A DNA stretch of 62,694 bases from Nemertoderma westbladi (taxonomy: Eukaryota; Animalia; Xenacoelomorpha). The notes beneath the pieces were generated by a model that was given only the letters and a program-made list of their open reading frames with translations, was not told the origin of the DNA and ran no database searches. Location of the stretch: contig JAUCBJ010005778.1 in assembly GCA_032718475.1 (NCBI GenBank), positions 1-62,694 of the forward strand, in the 5' to 3' direction. Positions 60,878 to 62,694 of the stretch are shown one piece after another. A program made the translations under genes and the position numbers. Every line of letters begins with the position of its first letter. Positions within the stretch are counted from its first letter, which is position 1.

Positions 60878-62694
60878 GTATATATATATGTTTATTGACA
60901 ATATCTTCCAAATTAAATCAATTAAATAAATTTACAATAATAACTTGTAAATATACCATTGCGACAAAGATACAGTCCAACTTAATACAAATTTACATGA
61001 ATTCTAGTTATCTAATACTTCTAAACATTCTGTAATTGCACTTACTATTATATTATTTGAAAACTGAACCATAAAATCGGACATACAAATGCAGCCTACA
61101 ATACTATACTTGTTTCTTATAAAGGCGGTTTTTGGGCACATTAAAATTGCATGATGTTCATTTTGTACTGAACTGCCATCACATATACAAACACGATCAC
61201 TACTGGGTATGCGGGCCCATCGGCCCATTTCTATCCGTAGGCGGTGCGAACTTAACCGAAATCTGCTAAAATTTACACGTTTACTATCTGGAATAAAATT
61301 ATTTGATTCCTTATAAATTGCATTCACGGATAAATTAGGGTTTATGTCTAGATAAGTTTTATACTTCGTATGTGCTAGAGCCATCTTTCTAATAGAGTCC
61401 TTCAAACAAATTAGATTATTTTGCACGAAATCATTTCCATTCGTATTAATAAGATTTTCTAAATATAAATAACCAGGGGATTGAACTTTCTTACACATAT
61501 TGTATATAATATATACCGGGTCATTAATATCCCACGTTTTCATTAGTCTAACCATTGAACTTTTCGTAATGATTTTCATTTTTGCACTTATTTCTGGTAT
61601 CCCTAATTCTACAAGGCATAGTTTGTTCGGCGTAGTTACTCGTACGTTTAATAAAAGTTTAACTAGTTTTATGTACATGGATTTTAGTTCGACAGTGCTA
61701 CCCCCTAACCATGTATCACACGAATATAATATTGAGCTTAATATATAGCACAATTGAAAACTTTCAGTTTATAAATAAACGGCATATTGGAATTCGTAGC
61801 ACAAAAAATACCAAATTTTCTCAACTGTTTTTGACATTCTGATATATGGAGTTTAATGGCGGAGGATATTTTGCCATCCTGAGTAAATTGTGACCCTAGA
61901 TAAACGTATGAACTGGTATTTTTAATTGCTATACCACTAATAAGAAAAGTATTATAATCATGTATATTGCCATTTATCACCATAAATTTTGTTTTTAATT
62001 CATTGATGACCATATTGTGCGAAGCACAAAATTTAAACAAATATTTCCAATTTGGCAGCACATTGACTTCTTGTTTCGGCAAATATGGCGGTGTCATCCA
62101 TGAATAAAAGTATATGTAATGAGTCTAAATAAGTATTACTACTGGTTAGTTCATTATACATTGCAACTAATGCATCGATATAAATAGTGAACAGAAATAG
62201 ACTACTTGGTAACCCTTGTCTCAAACCCATGTTAAAATCTATAACAACATTATTTAACCGGAAATGCGTTACCCTATAAAGTCCTTTTAAAGCGTTCAAC
62301 ATGTTTAGGCCGCAGCCTAATGTCACTAATTTTCCAATCAGTAAGGCACGATCGACTCTATCATAGGCTTTAGAAAAGTCTACAAAAACTATAAATAGTT
62401 TTTGTTTTCTAAATTTAACTAAATCAATTAGTAGCCTGAGGGCTAATATTTGTTCAAAACATGATCTGCCTTTTTGGCCTCCAGCTTGCACTCTATTAGG
62501 CTTTGTCCATTTTGTGAGCCGTGATGTTAATCGTAAATTTTGAATATAGAGTCGCACACTGAAATTCCTCGGTAATTTCCACAGTCTAATGGGTTCCCCT
62601 TTTTAAACAATATAACCAGCTTACTATAACACCAACTAAATGGAATCGCACCTGACATAAATATCGTGTTAATCAGCAACGATAAAAATACAAT
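60878..62694 (-). mobile_element. RTEX-like non-LTR retrotransposon (RT plus C-terminal Cys/His motif), frameshifted, runs off the window
   Basis: FVDFSKAYDRV, GLRQG, LLFMDDT, YVYLGS, FRLSSHRLRIEMGRW, RVCICD...NEHHAILMCP; AATAAA and (TA)n at the 3' end near 60879-60896. Confidence 0.88.

Overview
AT-rich, repeat-dense eukaryotic DNA, most likely from an invertebrate animal (spliceosomal GT-AG introns, class A GPCR, metazoan-type LINEs/SINEs). The host genes are all on the + strand: (1) an ABCC4/MRP4-like transporter encoded almost entirely by one 3.6-kb exon; (2) two intronless flavin monooxygenases plus a short 5' stub of a third, all strongly resembling bacterial trimethylamine monooxygenase (Tmm/mFMO) rather than classical animal FMOs; (3) a three-exon rhodopsin-family GPCR with a 15-kb first intron. 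The rest is mobile and repetitive DNA. It includes an internally deleted Gypsy-type LTR element with non-canonical CG...CG LTR ends, and a 5'-truncated CRE-like retroelement whose 3' end reads like a ribosomal protein SA tail. There are also L2, RTE and RTEX-like LINE fragments, tRNA-derived SINEs, MITEs, a (CAGT)n microsatellite, 17-, 27- and 30-bp minisatellites, and a 7.8-kb satellite of 65/71/82-bp unit variants. No CRISPR array, rRNA or intact tRNA gene is supported. Family assignments come from motif recognition by eye, not database searches.
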